Shown piece by piece: positions 39,276-53,949 of a stretch of 64,000 nucleotides of DNA (its first letter is position 1; every line of letters begins with the position of its first letter). Position numbers and translations under genes: made by a program. Source of the stretch: Octopus vulgaris (lineage: Eukaryota). A model generated the notes under the pieces. It searched no databases. It was not told the origin of the DNA and worked only from the letters and a program-made list of their open reading frames with translations. The stretch spans positions 74,524,001-74,588,000 of the forward strand of contig OX597825.1 of assembly GCA_951406725.2 (NCBI GenBank). The letters run 5' to 3'.

Positions 39276-39944
39276 TGCATTCATGTATGCATATGTTTTT
39301 ATGTATCTGTGTTTTCTATGTTATGTTTTTTCTGTGCGTGTGTATATCTGTGTATGTACGTATGTGTGTGATTATTGTATGAAAAACATTTCAGAATTCG
39401 TGGATCTTTCTTGTCTATTTTTTGTTTGTTTTTTTTTTATTTGTGTTTCCAATAATATTTTGAGCAAAACTGAATATTTGAATTTACGCTTGAGAAATGC
39501 TCTTAAGTGAATCCTATCCTGTCACAAAATAAATAAATCGAATAAATAAATAAAGAAGAAGAAGAAGAAGAAGAAGAAGAAGAAGAAGAAGAAGAAGAAG
39601 AAGAAGAAGAAGAAGAAGAAGAAGAAGAAGAAGAGGTTTGTTCTACAATGGTCACGAGCGCCTCAGCATATAATTCGAAGCATGTCACAGATGTCATGGT
39701 TACAAAGCCTGTTGGGGGTGAACATGTAAAACAAACGAGGAGTGATGTAAAAATGTAATACGACATTAAAAATAGCGCATGCGACCTGTATTCCTACTAC
39801 CAAAGAACTCTAAAACGACAGGCTTCTAATATGTCAACATTATACAGAACACTAACATCTAACTCTACAACGTACTGTTTATTTGTTTTGAAGAGCAAAA
39901 GTACACAGACAGAGTGAGAGAAAGGATTTCTTAACAGGAGATAT

Positions 39945-40175
39945 ATATTTCTTTACTACCCACAAGGGGCTAAACACAGAGGGGACAAGCAAGGACAGAC
40001 AAGGATTAACTCGATTACATCGACCCCAGTGCGTAACTGGTACCTAATTTATCGACCGCGAAAGGATGAAAGGCAAAGTCGACCTCGGCGGAATTTGAAC
40101 TCAGAACGTAACGGCAGACGAAATACGGCTACACATTTCTCCCGGCGTGCTAACATTTCTGCCAGCTCACCACCT
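39945..40175 (-). mobile_element. SINE family D
   Basis: Homologous to 31780-31997. Confidence 0.85.
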
Positions 40176-40305
40176 TCTTAAAAGGAGATATAGGTATAGA
40201 GTAGCTTCTGGTAAACTGGATAGCAAATCTGGCATGGTACCCTGGATTTATTATCGAAAACTCTTTGATTGTATATTATATTCTTGAATATTTAAAATAC
40301 TTTTA

Positions 40306-40590
40306 AGGCAGCGAACTGGCAGAAAAAGGCGGCGAGCTGGCAGAAAAGTGCGGCGAGTTGGATGGAAAAGGCGGTAAGCTGGCAGAGAAAGACAACGCGT
40401 TGGCAGAATCGTTAGCATATCTGACAGAAAGCTTAGTGGCATTTTGTTCGTCTGAGTTCAAATTCCGCGAAAGTCAACATTGCCTTTCATCCTTTCGGGG
40501 TCGATAAAATAATTACCAGTTAAGCACTGGAATCGATGTAATCGACTTACCCACTTCCTCCAAAATGGCAGGCCTCCTTCCTATTGTACA
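40306..40590 (+). mobile_element. SINE family D with tandemly amplified 5' head
   Basis: About five ~21-bp units of AAGGCGGCGAGCTGGCAGAAA precede the body. Confidence 0.8.
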
Positions 40591-40689
40591 AAGAAATATT
40601 ATTAATGCTTTATGTAGAGAAATATAGGAATAGTATAAATACAGTATATAAATAAATATAGGAATAACTTATTTGAATATTGTAAATAC

Positions 40690-41110
40690 TGTAATAATAA
40701 AAGTATGTACTGACAAAGTACATCAAACTTGCCATGTCAATATAGAAAACAACATCACCAGAAGACAAATAAAAGTATTGAAACAGATACTACATTCCTA
40801 CGAATAAGGATCATTCAAGGAGATTCCTTTGTCCTCTCCAATCTTCGGCAGCCAATTTCTGACTCCATCAGGTAATCTTGAATACAATTGCCGAGAGTAA
40901 TAATTGCTATGAACCAACTATAAACAATTTCCCCTATATAGATAAATTTAAAATATATACAATGAGTAGCACCCAATGAAAACAACTTTCATAAAAGTGT
41001 GTATAAAATTGAGTTAAGACATAATATCTATGAGTATGGGATTAAATAAATTTGCCAAAGCTCCTCATAGAAGAGCCCAATTAAGTAAAGATAAGACTAT
41101 TAAATCAGGT
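40690..41110 (+). pseudogene. degraded R4-clade reverse transcriptase fragment
   Basis: IRIIQGDS (QGDSLSP motif), an LKYI segment at the YMDDLKLY position, and YEYGIK*ICQS (EFGLDKCAK-like). Confidence 0.55.
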
Positions 41111-41712
41111 AATAATATTTGTTAGTGTCTTATGTAGGGGCTTGTATTTGTGCATTATATGCACAATTTTTATTTATAAGCACAGTTTTATTTTTATTTA
41201 GTTGAAGTGCAAAGGATTAAAGTATTTTCAGTTGCGTAAGAGATTTAATAAATTGAGTTTAATAGGTCTTCCTCAACGTCTGTCAGTTGCAACTAAATCT
41301 TTAAAATCAGTTATACCAGATCATCTTTCCAGATATTTTCAGGGAAGATGAAAATGGTAAGATGCAACACATAGGTTGCAAGACAAACACGGACACACAA
41401 ACACACACACATATACATATGTATTGTATGTTTGGATATTGGTGCGTGCCTGCGTGTGCGCGCGCACTCATCTCTTTGCGCGTGAGTCTGAGTAACAGAA
41501 GAGACACTCAATAAGGTCCCTTTTCAAATTTTTCAATAAGTAACTGAATCATTTTGCAGTTTACGCAATCAATGACGCCTTTTGTATTACATCATTACTC
41601 TTTCATACAGAAGATTACCGCGACTGGAACGTTGTTGACCATATACATACATACATACATACATACATTACATATATATATAGATATAGAGATATATGTA
41701 TATATATGTATA

Positions 41713-41800
<88 letters not shown>

Positions 41801-43139
41801 TTTATATATTTCCACAGTTATTCATGTTCTGGGTTCAAAGAACAATGCAAATACTTTTGTTTAGCTGTGCCTTTTACGTGAATAACTCCGTATTATTGAT
41901 TATAATCATATTTCGGAAGTAGATTTCATACTGTAAATATCGACCTCTGAAACGTGTTGTCTATCAGATCGAAACAGCTTGATCTCATAATCCCTATCTT
42001 GTTATATTGGCACGGTATATAATGTATTTGCGGAAGCATTAATCATCAAAGTATCAGTTGATCTTCAGTGAGACAATTACAGCGAGGGTTCCATTGTTGT
42101 GTCTCACCATTTGTATCCTATCGGCGTGGTTTATTACTATGTAACTAAAGGTCAGCGTGCAGCTCTAATTCCGTAACTGTGTAGTATCAATGTTGAAATT
42201 ATTCTAGACATGTGTCTATAGAAGACTATGTTAGCCTTCGGTCAACATATATCTGAATGCGGCAACTTCTAATTTGCCATTGTTAACTGGTGCTTGCTTG
42301 TTTTATTACTGTATGAATCATTATTTGAAGACGGGTGAGATGAATGGCATGGAGTGTTGGGGATATTTTATAGCGCTTCGTGTATTTGATGACAACTTAA
42401 CTATTAAGCTAATTATCCATTAGGATAATTTACTAAATCTATATGTGGGCGGAGGATTAATCAGCAATGATATCACATCTATTTGTTTATTTCTAGAACA
42501 GCAGTTTCAGTTGAAATGACATTTAATTCCCAAAGCGCTAAGCATTTCTCTTAAAATATATAAATGCGTCAAACTAAATAGGGAAACCTCATTGTGGTTA
42601 CCCAAAATGCTAACAATAGTAACCAAATCATCAGATCCCACAATATTATATATTGTAAACGTAATCTTGCATACATACACAACACAGAATAGTGAAGATT
42701 TGAATGTTCTCTATTGGATTAGAGCTAACTCAACCATAGTAACAACGGTGTTCATTTCTTGATCATATACAGATTAGAATTCCATAAATTTAAATAAAAT
42801 ATTACCATCCTTACAAGCGAACTGATGATGTAAAGGATGTGACTCAATCACCTTTCATTCCTAGATATTCAGTTATGATTGTATTACACCCCGCCAGTGC
42901 TTTAATCTTTACTAGTCAGGAAAAAATCCCAAAAGATGTCACTATACAGTCACTCTACCTTCTAGAAATCGCTGCCAAAAGTTTCATTTAATACTGCCAT
43001 CGGAAGAAAAGACACATTGCATAATGAACTCCAAACTTTGCGGTGTCTGGATAAAAAGTCGGTTTGGTTACAGGTAGAGCATTATGTTTCATCATCGGTG
43101 TGTTTGGTTGGAGCTGACCCGTCCCTAAATAATATCAAC

Positions 43140-44050
43140 AACTTTACTTGAATAGTTAGAAGGATGATAGCTGGAAGAAAAATATGCGGATAGAGTCGCT
43201 TACAGAGGATCATTCTTGTGAGGACGTACCTAGCGTAGTGGTCAGGACGTATCATGAGGTCAGATGGGGTGGACATAAAGCAGATAAAAGGAAAACTAAA
43301 GACGAGTGAGTGGGCAGTGCCTGGCCACCTGTGAAAGGAGATAAACCATTTCAAGGAAGAGAAACTACTGCAGTAGCGGTAGAAAAGACAGAGATGGCGG
43401 AGAAAGTACGTTGTTCAGTGAAATGTAATTTAATGGTAATTGGTAGAATAGTGACCCTTTGGATAGGAATTTTAGGAATTTTTATTCGTTAAGCGTAAGG
43501 GATCGAGTATTGCCACTGAACCGGCCTAGGGTTGCTAGCGACTGGGCAAGGTGAACTTCGGCGTGTACAAGCTGATGGTCATAGAAATTTCTTTGTGTTT
43601 GTCACGCTCTCTTTCGCGCTCCCTAACACATGCCTCCGCTCCGGGTGACTGCCCGAGTTGCTGGTCCCTTAAGCCAGCCCTGCCTATGACCCTTGAGGAT
43701 CCTGAAGGACTGGTGACCGGGCTGCTTTTAAGGCGCTGCTTAAATTGCTACAGGTCAACATTTGCAGCAATGACATGAGGAGGAGATTCCATGGTGCCAA
43801 TGCTCTGGGAATGAAATACTGGATCAAGTGTTTAGAGCTAAGAGAAGGGACAGTTGCATGTAACAACGGCGAAGATATGGAGAGTGATGAATGCGTGAAG
43901 GATTTTTTGGTTGGGTAGATACGAATGCAGGTACTTTCGATGGGCAGAAGCCACTATAAGAAAGACAGAAAAGACATTGAGAGGAGAAAGTACGCTAATG
44001 TTTGTGTTACAGCTTTGGCTATGGAAAGAATGAGCATCGCCAACATCTAT
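43140..44050 (-). pseudogene. two old CR1/Jockey-group LINE ORF2 3' remnants in tandem
   Basis: SAISVFYRYCSSFSS...HYARYVLTR...PHIF (43140-43500) and YSGFCPS...QYFIPRALAPWNLL...DL*QFK (43700-44050) match LFYRYYxGxCS...SFFPRTxxLWNSLP. Confidence 0.6.
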
Positions 44051-44223
44051 TATTATATGTCTATTATTGATATTTCTATTGGCTCAAATATCACCTTCCA
44101 TTCAATTGCTCTTGTGTGTATGTGTATGTGCATGTGTGTGTGTGTTCATACACACACATAGTACATACATACATGCATACATACATATATACATACATAC
44201 ATACATAATACATACATAAATAC

Positions 44224-44261
<38 letters not shown>

Positions 44262-45077
44262 TAATGTTTTTTATGTTGGGTTATGATAGAAACAGTTTAA
44301 CAGTAGCATGAAGAATTACTCAGTACATTTTTGTTAAATACATATATATACTTTTACAAGAAGAGTAGTGACAGTAATTGCGTTGTTTGGATTTGGCGCA
44401 ATTTGTCAGACAAGTGCGACTGGGGAATACAAGTAATACTTTACAGCTGTTTCTAGTATTTGGTGCTCATTCGTCGTTGGATTTTAAGTTTGGGCACTTG
44501 TCTGTTATTCAGTTTTGGCGTATTCTTAACAAATATATATAGATATCAAACACAATTGAAAAGAGTGGCCAGGAGCCTAAACCAGAACAGCAAAGTTGGA
44601 TAAAGAAATACTACATGGTTAAACACGTTATCTTTTAAAATTAACTTCCATAAAAGAATAACTCCTGATGGCAATAACAATCAATTCTGAATAAAAAAAA
44701 AAGGAGATAATTTGTAGGCTGAAGAGATTTCTTGTATTGACATGTAATAAATGAAAGAAGTTTCTTCATTTCGAGACGATATATGTACATGTGTTTCTGC
44801 CCATGACTGCAGCAGGTATAAGACAAAAAGAGTAGAGGACATTTATGACTTGCAATAAATAAACAGAATGAAATAAGAGCGGTAAAATCAGACTGACATG
44901 TTGCATGAATTTGGCTAACAATGGCAAATAAAGATATTGAATGCCATATGAGATATATTGTTGACTTACTGAAGTTTTTATCGGTATGAGAGAGAGCAAA
45001 AAAGAAAAATGTAGGTATAAGTATGTAGTATATTATATGTATGCAGATATAAACATATATATGGTTATGTGTGTGTA

Positions 45078-45153
<76 letters not shown>

Positions 45154-45988
45154 GTATATATAAAATACATCAAGTACAGGACATCAGCAACGAGTGATAT
45201 ACGTAAACACACGAGAGATAAGTACAGGACAAAATACAAAAAATAAACACAATAAGAACAGGAAAACACCTACGAGTGAAAAGTACGTAAACACAATATG
45301 AGAGACAAGTTCGGGACAAAATACCAAAATAAGTCTAACCCTCCTCAGTTGCCGACTGTTAATTACTCCCTATTTTGAGCTTTCAACGACAAGACAGGAA
45401 ACCTTCATAAAACAGCAGCATCCAGAAATTTTTTAAATATAAATCTTGTGGAGAGTTAGACCTTCGAACGAAAAAACAACGACAGAGTGGACGTACAGAG
45501 TAAACAGCCGTTAGGTCAAGACGCATTGTAATGGGAGAAATTTTGAAAGGATATAGAATAAATAGAAGAGAAGAAAATAGTAGAAGGAAAAATAAGAGAA
45601 AAATGTCGGGAGGCGAGAAAAATGACGTCCAGCAAGCGGACGTCACCTCCAGAAAAGACGGAGGTGAGAGAAATGGCCTGTAGTCACATGGAAGCAGACA
45701 GGCAGAGGAGAAGGGGAACAAGAGAGAGGATGAGGGAAAGAAACAAATGGAGTGGGGTGAAGGAAGGAGGAACGAAAGATAGTAGAGAGTGTAAGAAAGA
45801 TAGACAGAGGACAGCAAAGAAGGAGGGGCAGAAACGGAAAATAAAGGGGATTATAGAGGGATACAGAGAAAGAGAGAACGGGAACAGAGAGTAGAGTCGC
45901 AGAAATTATAAATAAAACTAAAAACTTACAGTGGACAATGCTGTGGACACACATATAAACATATGCACATATATATATATACATATAC

Positions 45989-46062
<74 letters not shown>

Positions 46063-46929
46063 GCATATATATGTAAATATACACACATGTGTGTGTTTAT
46101 ATGTTTATGTGTGTGTTTGTGTGTGTGTGTGTGTGTGTGATTGTCTGTGTGTGTGTGTGAGTGTCTGTGTGTGTGTTTGTGTAGCGGTCAAAATATTCAA
46201 AAGCTGGCGATGATATCAACAGCAATCTCAATTTCATTGGCTCTGCCTACTGTACAGGAGAAGCAGTAATTTCGAATAAATTTATTGCGCTCGAGCAAAA
46301 TGTACATAGACGTAAATGAATGGTGACTTCTATGATTAAATCTGATTGATAAGTTTTCTTCTGGGTAAGAAATCCTATTTAATTTAAACTGACGCCACAT
46401 ACATTAGCAGTTAGCATGTGAAGAACCATATCTATGGAATGTCAGTAATTGCTCTGCTAAATTTCTTCGAAAACAGAGATTGAATCATGTGATTATATAC
46501 ATTTGCCACTCATTGCCTTCAGGAAGAAAATCCATTACTAGATTTTGTAGGTGAGTGTTTACGTGGCTTTTTAAATCAATGATGTGGTACTGCAACTCAA
46601 TGCGAAACCGCAAGGTAGTTATGAAAATAGAAATAAAATGAACATCCCAATTAGAGGAGATGGTATATATTTTCCGCATGATACAAGATTTCTTCGAAAC
46701 TAATCATTTCCATTTCTGTCTCCCGCTTGCTTTTTCTTTTTGGTGTTCAGTTGTTGTATAGCACCAAGCTAAAGCCATGATCGAGTCGACTTCTATTGAA
46801 AGAAACTCACATCCTCATCGTCTTTGTTTCTCCATCATCGAATGCTTCATATATGTAAGACTAAATTGTTTAACATATAGTTTTCCTAATTTTAAGACAG
46901 TAAACTGTGACAGACAGACAGGCACACAC

Positions 46930-46959
<30 letters not shown>

Positions 46960-46963
<4 letters not shown>

Positions 46964-47157
46964 AAGCTTTATGAAAATAAACAAAAGACGAAGGCAGGTG
47001 GAATACAAACAAACAATTGTATTAGTATGGCGCTCAGGAATATAAATAAAACAAGTCTTTTACGTTTCGAGCCTACGCTCTTCAACAGAAAGATACACAG
47101 AAAGGAAATACGGAGAGAAACAAGGAGAGAAAAAAATGCGTGCAGAAGCTAGCGAAT

Positions 47158-47162
<5 letters not shown>
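46960..47162 (-). mobile_element. H1-related ~200-bp element in (TA)n with minimal hammerhead variant
   Basis: Minus strand 47056-47093: TCTTT-CTGTTGA-A-GAGC-GTAG-GCTC-GAAA-CG-TA-AAAGA. (TA)n on both sides. Confidence 0.7.
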
Positions 47163-47202
<40 letters not shown>

Positions 47203-47499
47203 AAAGAGAGATGGCAAAACAATAAGTGATTATCTTTATTTGCTTTATTTGCTATGAACTTTATTTGCTATAAGATGCAGTGAAGTCATAGCTGAGTGCC
47301 TGAGTAATTCATTCGGGAAAAGAATTATATTTGTGCCTATGAAGCTATAAGATTTTACTCAGGCACTCCACTATGAGTGTTCCTTGCATTTTATAGCAGA
47401 AAGATTTCCCTCACAAGTTTTTCGTCGATCCGGGGCTACAGTAGAAGGCACTTGCCTATTTTGGAGGTAGAGAGAAAGATTGACTTAATACTTTCAATA

Positions 47500-47830
47500 T
47501 AATTAATTTCGACAAACATGAGTTCATGTAGGAACTGACTATGCCCTACATGAACCTCCTCACAGTGGGTTCATGTGAGGAAGCTTGCCAAATAGTGGTA
47601 GTTGGTAGAGCAGTGCAGAAATCGGGACTGGCAAGCATGTTGCGAGAACAGGGTTTTCGGGATTTCGTGGGGCGTTAATTTCTCCAAAGATTTGATGGGG
47701 CTTGGAGTTTCTGGTGCCACAAAAAGGAGGGCAATAAATTTCATTACTGAAGCTAGAGAGAATACCATTAGATGACTTTGGATAAATAGGACAGACCGGT
47801 GGATTGCTGCAATTAGGATGCAAACAACAA
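47500..47830 (+). pseudogene. Hero-like (RLE) non-LTR C-terminal remnant
   Basis: ELTMP...KLAK*W*LVEQCRNRDWQACCE...LGVSGATKRRAINFITEARENTIR*LWI resembles ELTVPWE...KYxELVExCRxxGW...AEKASRWLW. Confidence 0.65.
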
Positions 47831-48502
47831 AAGCAGAATGAAAATAACGAGATCAAAATATGAAAAGAATGGAATATTATGTGAAATTTCTTCATAACAC
47901 ATCCTAAAGATGGAAAATCACGAACATGACAATAATCTAAAGGTGGAAATAAAGAACGAAAATCAATAGATCTCCTTCCCCGTGGACCAACGAAAGCAAA
48001 CCCATAAAGTTGGTCATCGCAGATGTAATGAAAACTGACACAATGATCGATATCATGAGATTAAGCGAAATGATATATATGCAGCAGCCAGGGCAGATAT
48101 AAGTGGATATTCTGTTGCATTCATATAGGAATATCAAAACCCAAGTAAACAACATGGGACACATACGTATAAAAAAACGATAGATATCTCAATAAACGAA
48201 AAGATATCTCAATACCCAATGAAATCCATAACGATAATACTCAAATGGAAAAATAAAGAAAAGAAAAGGCTAATAATACAAAACTATTCATAATGCAGGA
48301 AAAAATGTGCTCGAAATCAAAGAATGATTGAATCAAGAGATCTTCGATAAATCTCAAAGATTTCTTCATTTTAAAAAGCTTCAATGATACTTTGAACAAT
48401 GCTATTAGTTCTTCTCTGACCCGAATCGCCAACCTTAAACAATTGTAGAATAATTCGCCAAGGCAACCTTGAAAATAAGAAAATTAAGAACATGAATATT
48501 GC

Positions 48503-48815
48503 GGGAGGCACGTGGCTTTATGGTTAGGGGTATACGGCTCATGATCGTAAGGTTCTGCGTTATGGCCTTGAGCGAGACACTTTATTTCACATTGCTCCAG
48601 TCCACTCAGCTGGCAAAAAGGAGTAGTAGTTGTATTTCAAAGGGCCGGCCTTGTCACACTCTGTGTCACGCTGAATCTCCCAGGGAACTAGATTAAGGGT
48701 ACTCCTTTCTGTGGAGGGATCTGCTACGTTCATGTTAATTTCACGAGTAGGTTGTTCTGTTGATGGAATCAACTTGAGCGCTCGTCGTCGTATCCGACGG
48801 AATTCCAGTCATAAA
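48503..48815 (+). mobile_element. diverged tRNA-derived SINE (family B-related)
   Basis: GGAGGCACGTGGC...GGTTAGGG head and CCTTGAGCGAGACACTTTATTTCAC...CTCCAGTCCACTCAGCTG core shared with 56183. Confidence 0.7.
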
Positions 48816-49485
48816 AGAATTATAAAAATTTATGCAAAGTAATGAATTAGAGATAAGAGAATTTAAGGCAAACGCAAGATCGCAAATACTTAGGGATGAA
48901 TAAACGAGGGTACTACTACAGTAGCATTTGCATTTGCTCGACCTCATGCTACTCCTACTCATGCACTCACAATTCACTAGGTTTTCTTCCTCTTGACACC
49001 AATATTATGTGCTCTACAAACACCGAACTAACAACTACATCCATCCTTCCTCCTTAGAACGTCAGTCCTCTGGAACTGACCTCCTGCACGGGTTTTTCTA
49101 GGTGCTCTCGACTTTAACATATTCAAAATGTGACCTAATCGAGGTCCACCTCACTGGTTTCCGGGTGGCAGAGATATGCATGGGTAAGGAACATTCAAAA
49201 AAGACAAAATATACAGAAAATAGCACTACTGGATACCTGACGTAGAGCAGTTTCAATAAATAGTGAACATAAAACATTATACATATCCAAGGTACATAAA
49301 GCTGAACTTGGTACTACTGTGAAATCGTCCGCCTTTACGTTCTGAGTCCACTTTGCCTTTCACCCTTTCGGGGTTGATGTACCACTTGAATATAGGGGTC
49401 GATGTAATCGACTATTCTCTACTCCAAACTTTCAAACCGTGTGCTTATAGTAGAAACGATATTACGATGAAATGCAAAAACAAAA

Positions 49486-49529
<44 letters not shown>

Positions 49530-49595
49530 GAAACTCTGCTGAATATTTTGCCCGGCGAGCTAATATTTCCGCCAGCTCATCGCCTTTGTTGAAGC

Positions 49596-49672
<77 letters not shown>

Positions 49673-50616
49673 AGATATAATTTTTAAGAACATTTATGAT
49701 AATCTTTGGGTTTCGATAATATAGGAAGCAGACGTGGTTTTGTGGTAAGAAGTTTGGTTCCGGGTTCAGTCCCACTGCGTGACACTTTGGGCAGGTATCT
49801 TCTACTACAGCCTCGAGCTGACCAAAGCCTTGTCAGTGGGTTTTGCTTATAGAAGCAGAAAGAATCCCGTCGTACATGTGTGTGTGTCTGTATGTTTGTG
49901 TGCGTATGTGTGTGTCTGCATGTGTGTGCGCGTTCGCGCAGTCGTGGGGGAAGAGCTGTACGTATGTAAAAAAGCAGACGACGAAACAATATGGCTGTCA
50001 GTGGTCAGTGTAGTAATGAAATGTTGAAACTAATACTAATCATACAAATTGTAAGTGTAACATCTTTATATTGGCTAATGATTTTACGTCAGTTATATCA
50101 CAGACCTAACTACAAGCGATTTCTCTCCTGTAACAGCATGAATTTCAATCATAACCATATTTGTAGAAAACATCACATCCAAAATATTGAAAATACCAAC
50201 AATCACTCTATCATGAATAATAACGTGAAACAAACAGAATTTTATTTTGTTCGTCGTTTCCTAAAGGCTTTTAATGTTGTTGAGAAAATATTTCATTGAG
50301 AACTAATGACAAGGAAAATCTCAAAGGACGAAAATTGACATAACAACACTAATGATCAAACAAATTGAGCTATTCAACCACAATCAATAATGATTTTAGT
50401 TATCCAATTAGAGTTCAGCAGGAATAAAATTCTGACTTAGCATAGAAATAAACTAAGAAACAACCCTTGTGGCCAATAAAAGAAATCATTATTATTCAGT
50501 GTTTTAAAGATGATCAAACAATTTGGTGAATGAACTGTCTCCCTCCCTCGATTCACAGTAGCATGGCCATCTATCAAATTAATATGTTATAACAAAAGAT
50601 ATAAATGAATCTTTCT

Positions 50617-50969
50617 TTTGTTTGTTTCAGTCATTAGATTGCGGCCATGCTGGGGCACCGCCTTGAGTTTTTAATCGAATGAATCGATCCCATGTTTTTT
50701 AAAAACCTGATACTTATTCCATCTGTGCCTTTTTGCCGAACCGCTGTGTTACGGGTATATAAGCACACCAACACTGGTTGTGAAGCAATGGTGGGGGACA
50801 AACACAAACACAAAGACACATACACACATACATACATATACATATACATATATATATATCTGACGAAGAGCTCCGCTCAAAACGTTAAATCCTCCTTCTT
50901 TCCTTTCTTTCCCGAGCGTCCAATAACATTATACTTGTTCCACGTCCTCGCGTTGTTGTGTTTTCTCTT

Positions 50970-51026
<57 letters not shown>

Positions 51027-51183
51027 GACAGGCTTCTTTCGGTTTCCATCTATAAATCCAATCACAAGGCTTTGGTTGGCTCGAGACTATAGTAGAAGAC
51101 ACTTGCTCAAGTTGCTATGTAGTGGGACTGAACCTGGAACCATGTAGTCGGGAAGCAAGCTTCTTACCACACACTCATGCCTG
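50617..51183 (-). mobile_element. diverged SINE family A, with an H1 hammerhead element inserted in its microsatellite core (50860-50971)
   Basis: SINE halves flank CTGACGAAGAGCTCCGCTCAAAACGTTAAAT..., which is closely similar to 37927-38040. Confidence 0.8.
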
Positions 51184-53949
51184 CTCCAAGAGAAAAAAAT
51201 TTCAGTGAATATAATTATTGTTGGTGTTATTTCTGTTTAAGTTCTGATCAGCCATGATTAAAGAGACTTATGAAGAAAGGAGTTCCATCCATAACCATCC
51301 TGTGTTTTCGTTTCAGACATAGAATTTGTAAGGCGTTAAAGTACGATTTAAAGGAAATTTGGCTGCTATTTCTGTAAGGCTAAGCGACCAAGTACAAGCT
51401 TCATCGTTGGTTCGTAAGAAATATAATAAAACAGCTAACAGGACCCTTGTAATCCTATATAATAATAGGGCATACATTTGTATACAGAAACAAGGCCTGA
51501 AGTTTAGATGAGGGAGTTAGTTGATTAGATTGACTCCAGTGCTTGACAAGGACCTCATTTACATTGTTGATCACGACAGAATTTGAACTACGAACGTAAA
51601 GATCAGGTAGAAATTCTTCAATGTGCCAAAAATCGATGTTTAGTCTGCGACTATAGTTTCTTGATTCGATTAAAAAGAAAAGAAGAATAGTCATGAATTG
51701 TTTTAGACTATTCTGTCAGCTCAGTGTGATATTAACAGTGTCTTCGATGTAAAGAGAGAATAAGATATTAAAAATGCTTATAAATGGAGAAATGATTTGA
51801 ACATATTTTCCGAATACTACACCTAAGCAATGATATGATAGGTATTTGCTCAGCAAAAGCAGGAAGTAATTGGAGTAATAACTAAAATGTACAAATAAGT
51901 AACAGGTGCTTTTCAAAATAGATTACAGAGGAAGCAATAAACTCCTCTAAAATAATATCGGTTGGACTATTAAATATCCGGTTATGAGTCGCTAAAGAGA
52001 AAATTTCAAATTTAATCTCTACCGATATCAGGAATTATTGAGCTTACCAGGTGAATGATCTCTTACAACAGCATGTGGTGGTAGTAATTATGGTCGAGAC
52101 TAAAATTATAAAACTATTCTATTAGAAATGAAACATTAACAATTCAGTAAATGTATTTGTCCTCAAATTGACAATGTTTAGAATATTTTCTCCTCCAGTT
52201 AGAATCAATTTGTAACGTGTTTGCAGCAATTTAGTTTCCCATGAGAATAAGAGGATGGAAAATGTTCGCAGGTATTTATATAACACGATAACAGAGTTGG
52301 ATAGAATCTTTTGTTCTCTCAATATAATTGTAATTGTCTCTAACTGTCTTCTAAATATTATACCAACATACTATGCCTAGAGAAGCCACAATCACCTCAT
52401 TTTACTGAAAATATTTTTTACATCAATAATTCTGTATCTTCTCAAAAAGAATCGATAATTCCCAAGGTTCTTTAAAATACAGTGGCCTATAGAATGAGAG
52501 TAAACAAGAGATGGTGTTTGTACAATAGAACAAATAAATAACTATGAATAAGAAATAGTTGTCTGAGAACGGAGATTGATACCAATACCGTCTGCTTCAG
52601 GACAATACTGATTTCTGAGAAAGGCTGTAGCTGATAAATTTGAAATTTTTCTTCCTGGGAATATGCATTGAGGTTTATTCTATAGAAACAAGGACGGACA
52701 TGGGAAGCGGAAAAAAGCCTGCCGTCCCAACCTATAACAAACAAAATATTCTATGAAATGTAGGGTAAATTATAACTATTGTCCTTAGGTACTGAGCAAA
52801 GAAAATCCAATGAAATGATGGAAATCGATTTTAAAAATCTAATTAATACCAAGGTAAAATTAGGTACTAAATGGATGAGACAATGTGCAAATATAAAAAA
52901 TTCGAGCAATAAAGAGCAATTTCATTGATTTTACATTGAATTCTAACTAGGTTGATCAACTACTGTCCATTCAGAGGCCGTTCTGAAATTTAAAATTTCC
53001 TAATTCTATAACACGAATCCTCTTGCATATAATTGCGTGAAGCAGGGATATATAAACTCATAATAATGTTCTTATATTTTTATCACTGAAAAACTGTCTC
53101 AATTGAGACATTAATTTTAAAGGCATTGATAAGGAATTTTTAATTTCCCTTTTCGATAATATCAATTTAGATTTTGAAAAAAAGAGTTGCTATGTTTAAT
53201 AAAACACTTTATCGTTCATATAAATTCTACGATAACTGCTAATTATAAGATAACAAAATTAAGAAAATATAAAATTTTTTTATCAGAACGTAATGAAATT
53301 TATATCAATTGATTTTTTTAAATCGCAAAATCGCATAAAATTTAATTTACTTTTGTAGATATCTCTAACAAAAACGAATATTTTTGCAGAACTTGCGTGA
53401 TATATCCAATTAATTTATTTCGTTATTACATAAAAATCAATTATCAGATTTGCATAATTAAAAGTGTGAGAAGAGAAAAAGAGAAAACTAAAGTAAAGCT
53501 ATCAACTAATACAAAGTCATTGACGTTTCGGTAATAACCACAATTTTCTCTATATTTTCTTTGCATTATGCCTTTACAATGTGATATCTTTAAATTAACA
53601 TAATTATAATGCACGATAGCATTGTTATGTTGGTACTTAGAAATATTATTCACTTTTAATGCAAGTAAATATTGAGGCAAATTGGTTATGCGAGTGCTAG
53701 CTTATAATTTAATCCAAAATAGATAACATATTTTATGTAATAGTATAATACAGAGTTTTTCCCATGAAAAAAGTATACACACTGGTAACTTATTTAGTAA
53801 TTATTTTTGTTTTAGATTTGACCAGAAGAATTAATGAAGGAAGCCAAACTAAGCTTTGAACAAAACAAATTATCCTAAAGTGTTACTGGAAATTCGAACA
53901 AACAGGAGTTTCAAGCAGGTCCGTCTGCGTGACTTGCGATCATTCGAAT

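Noticed and set aside
40306-40410. CRISPR-like short repeat array
   Set aside because: Eukaryotic context, no unique spacers, and the units derive from the SINE head.
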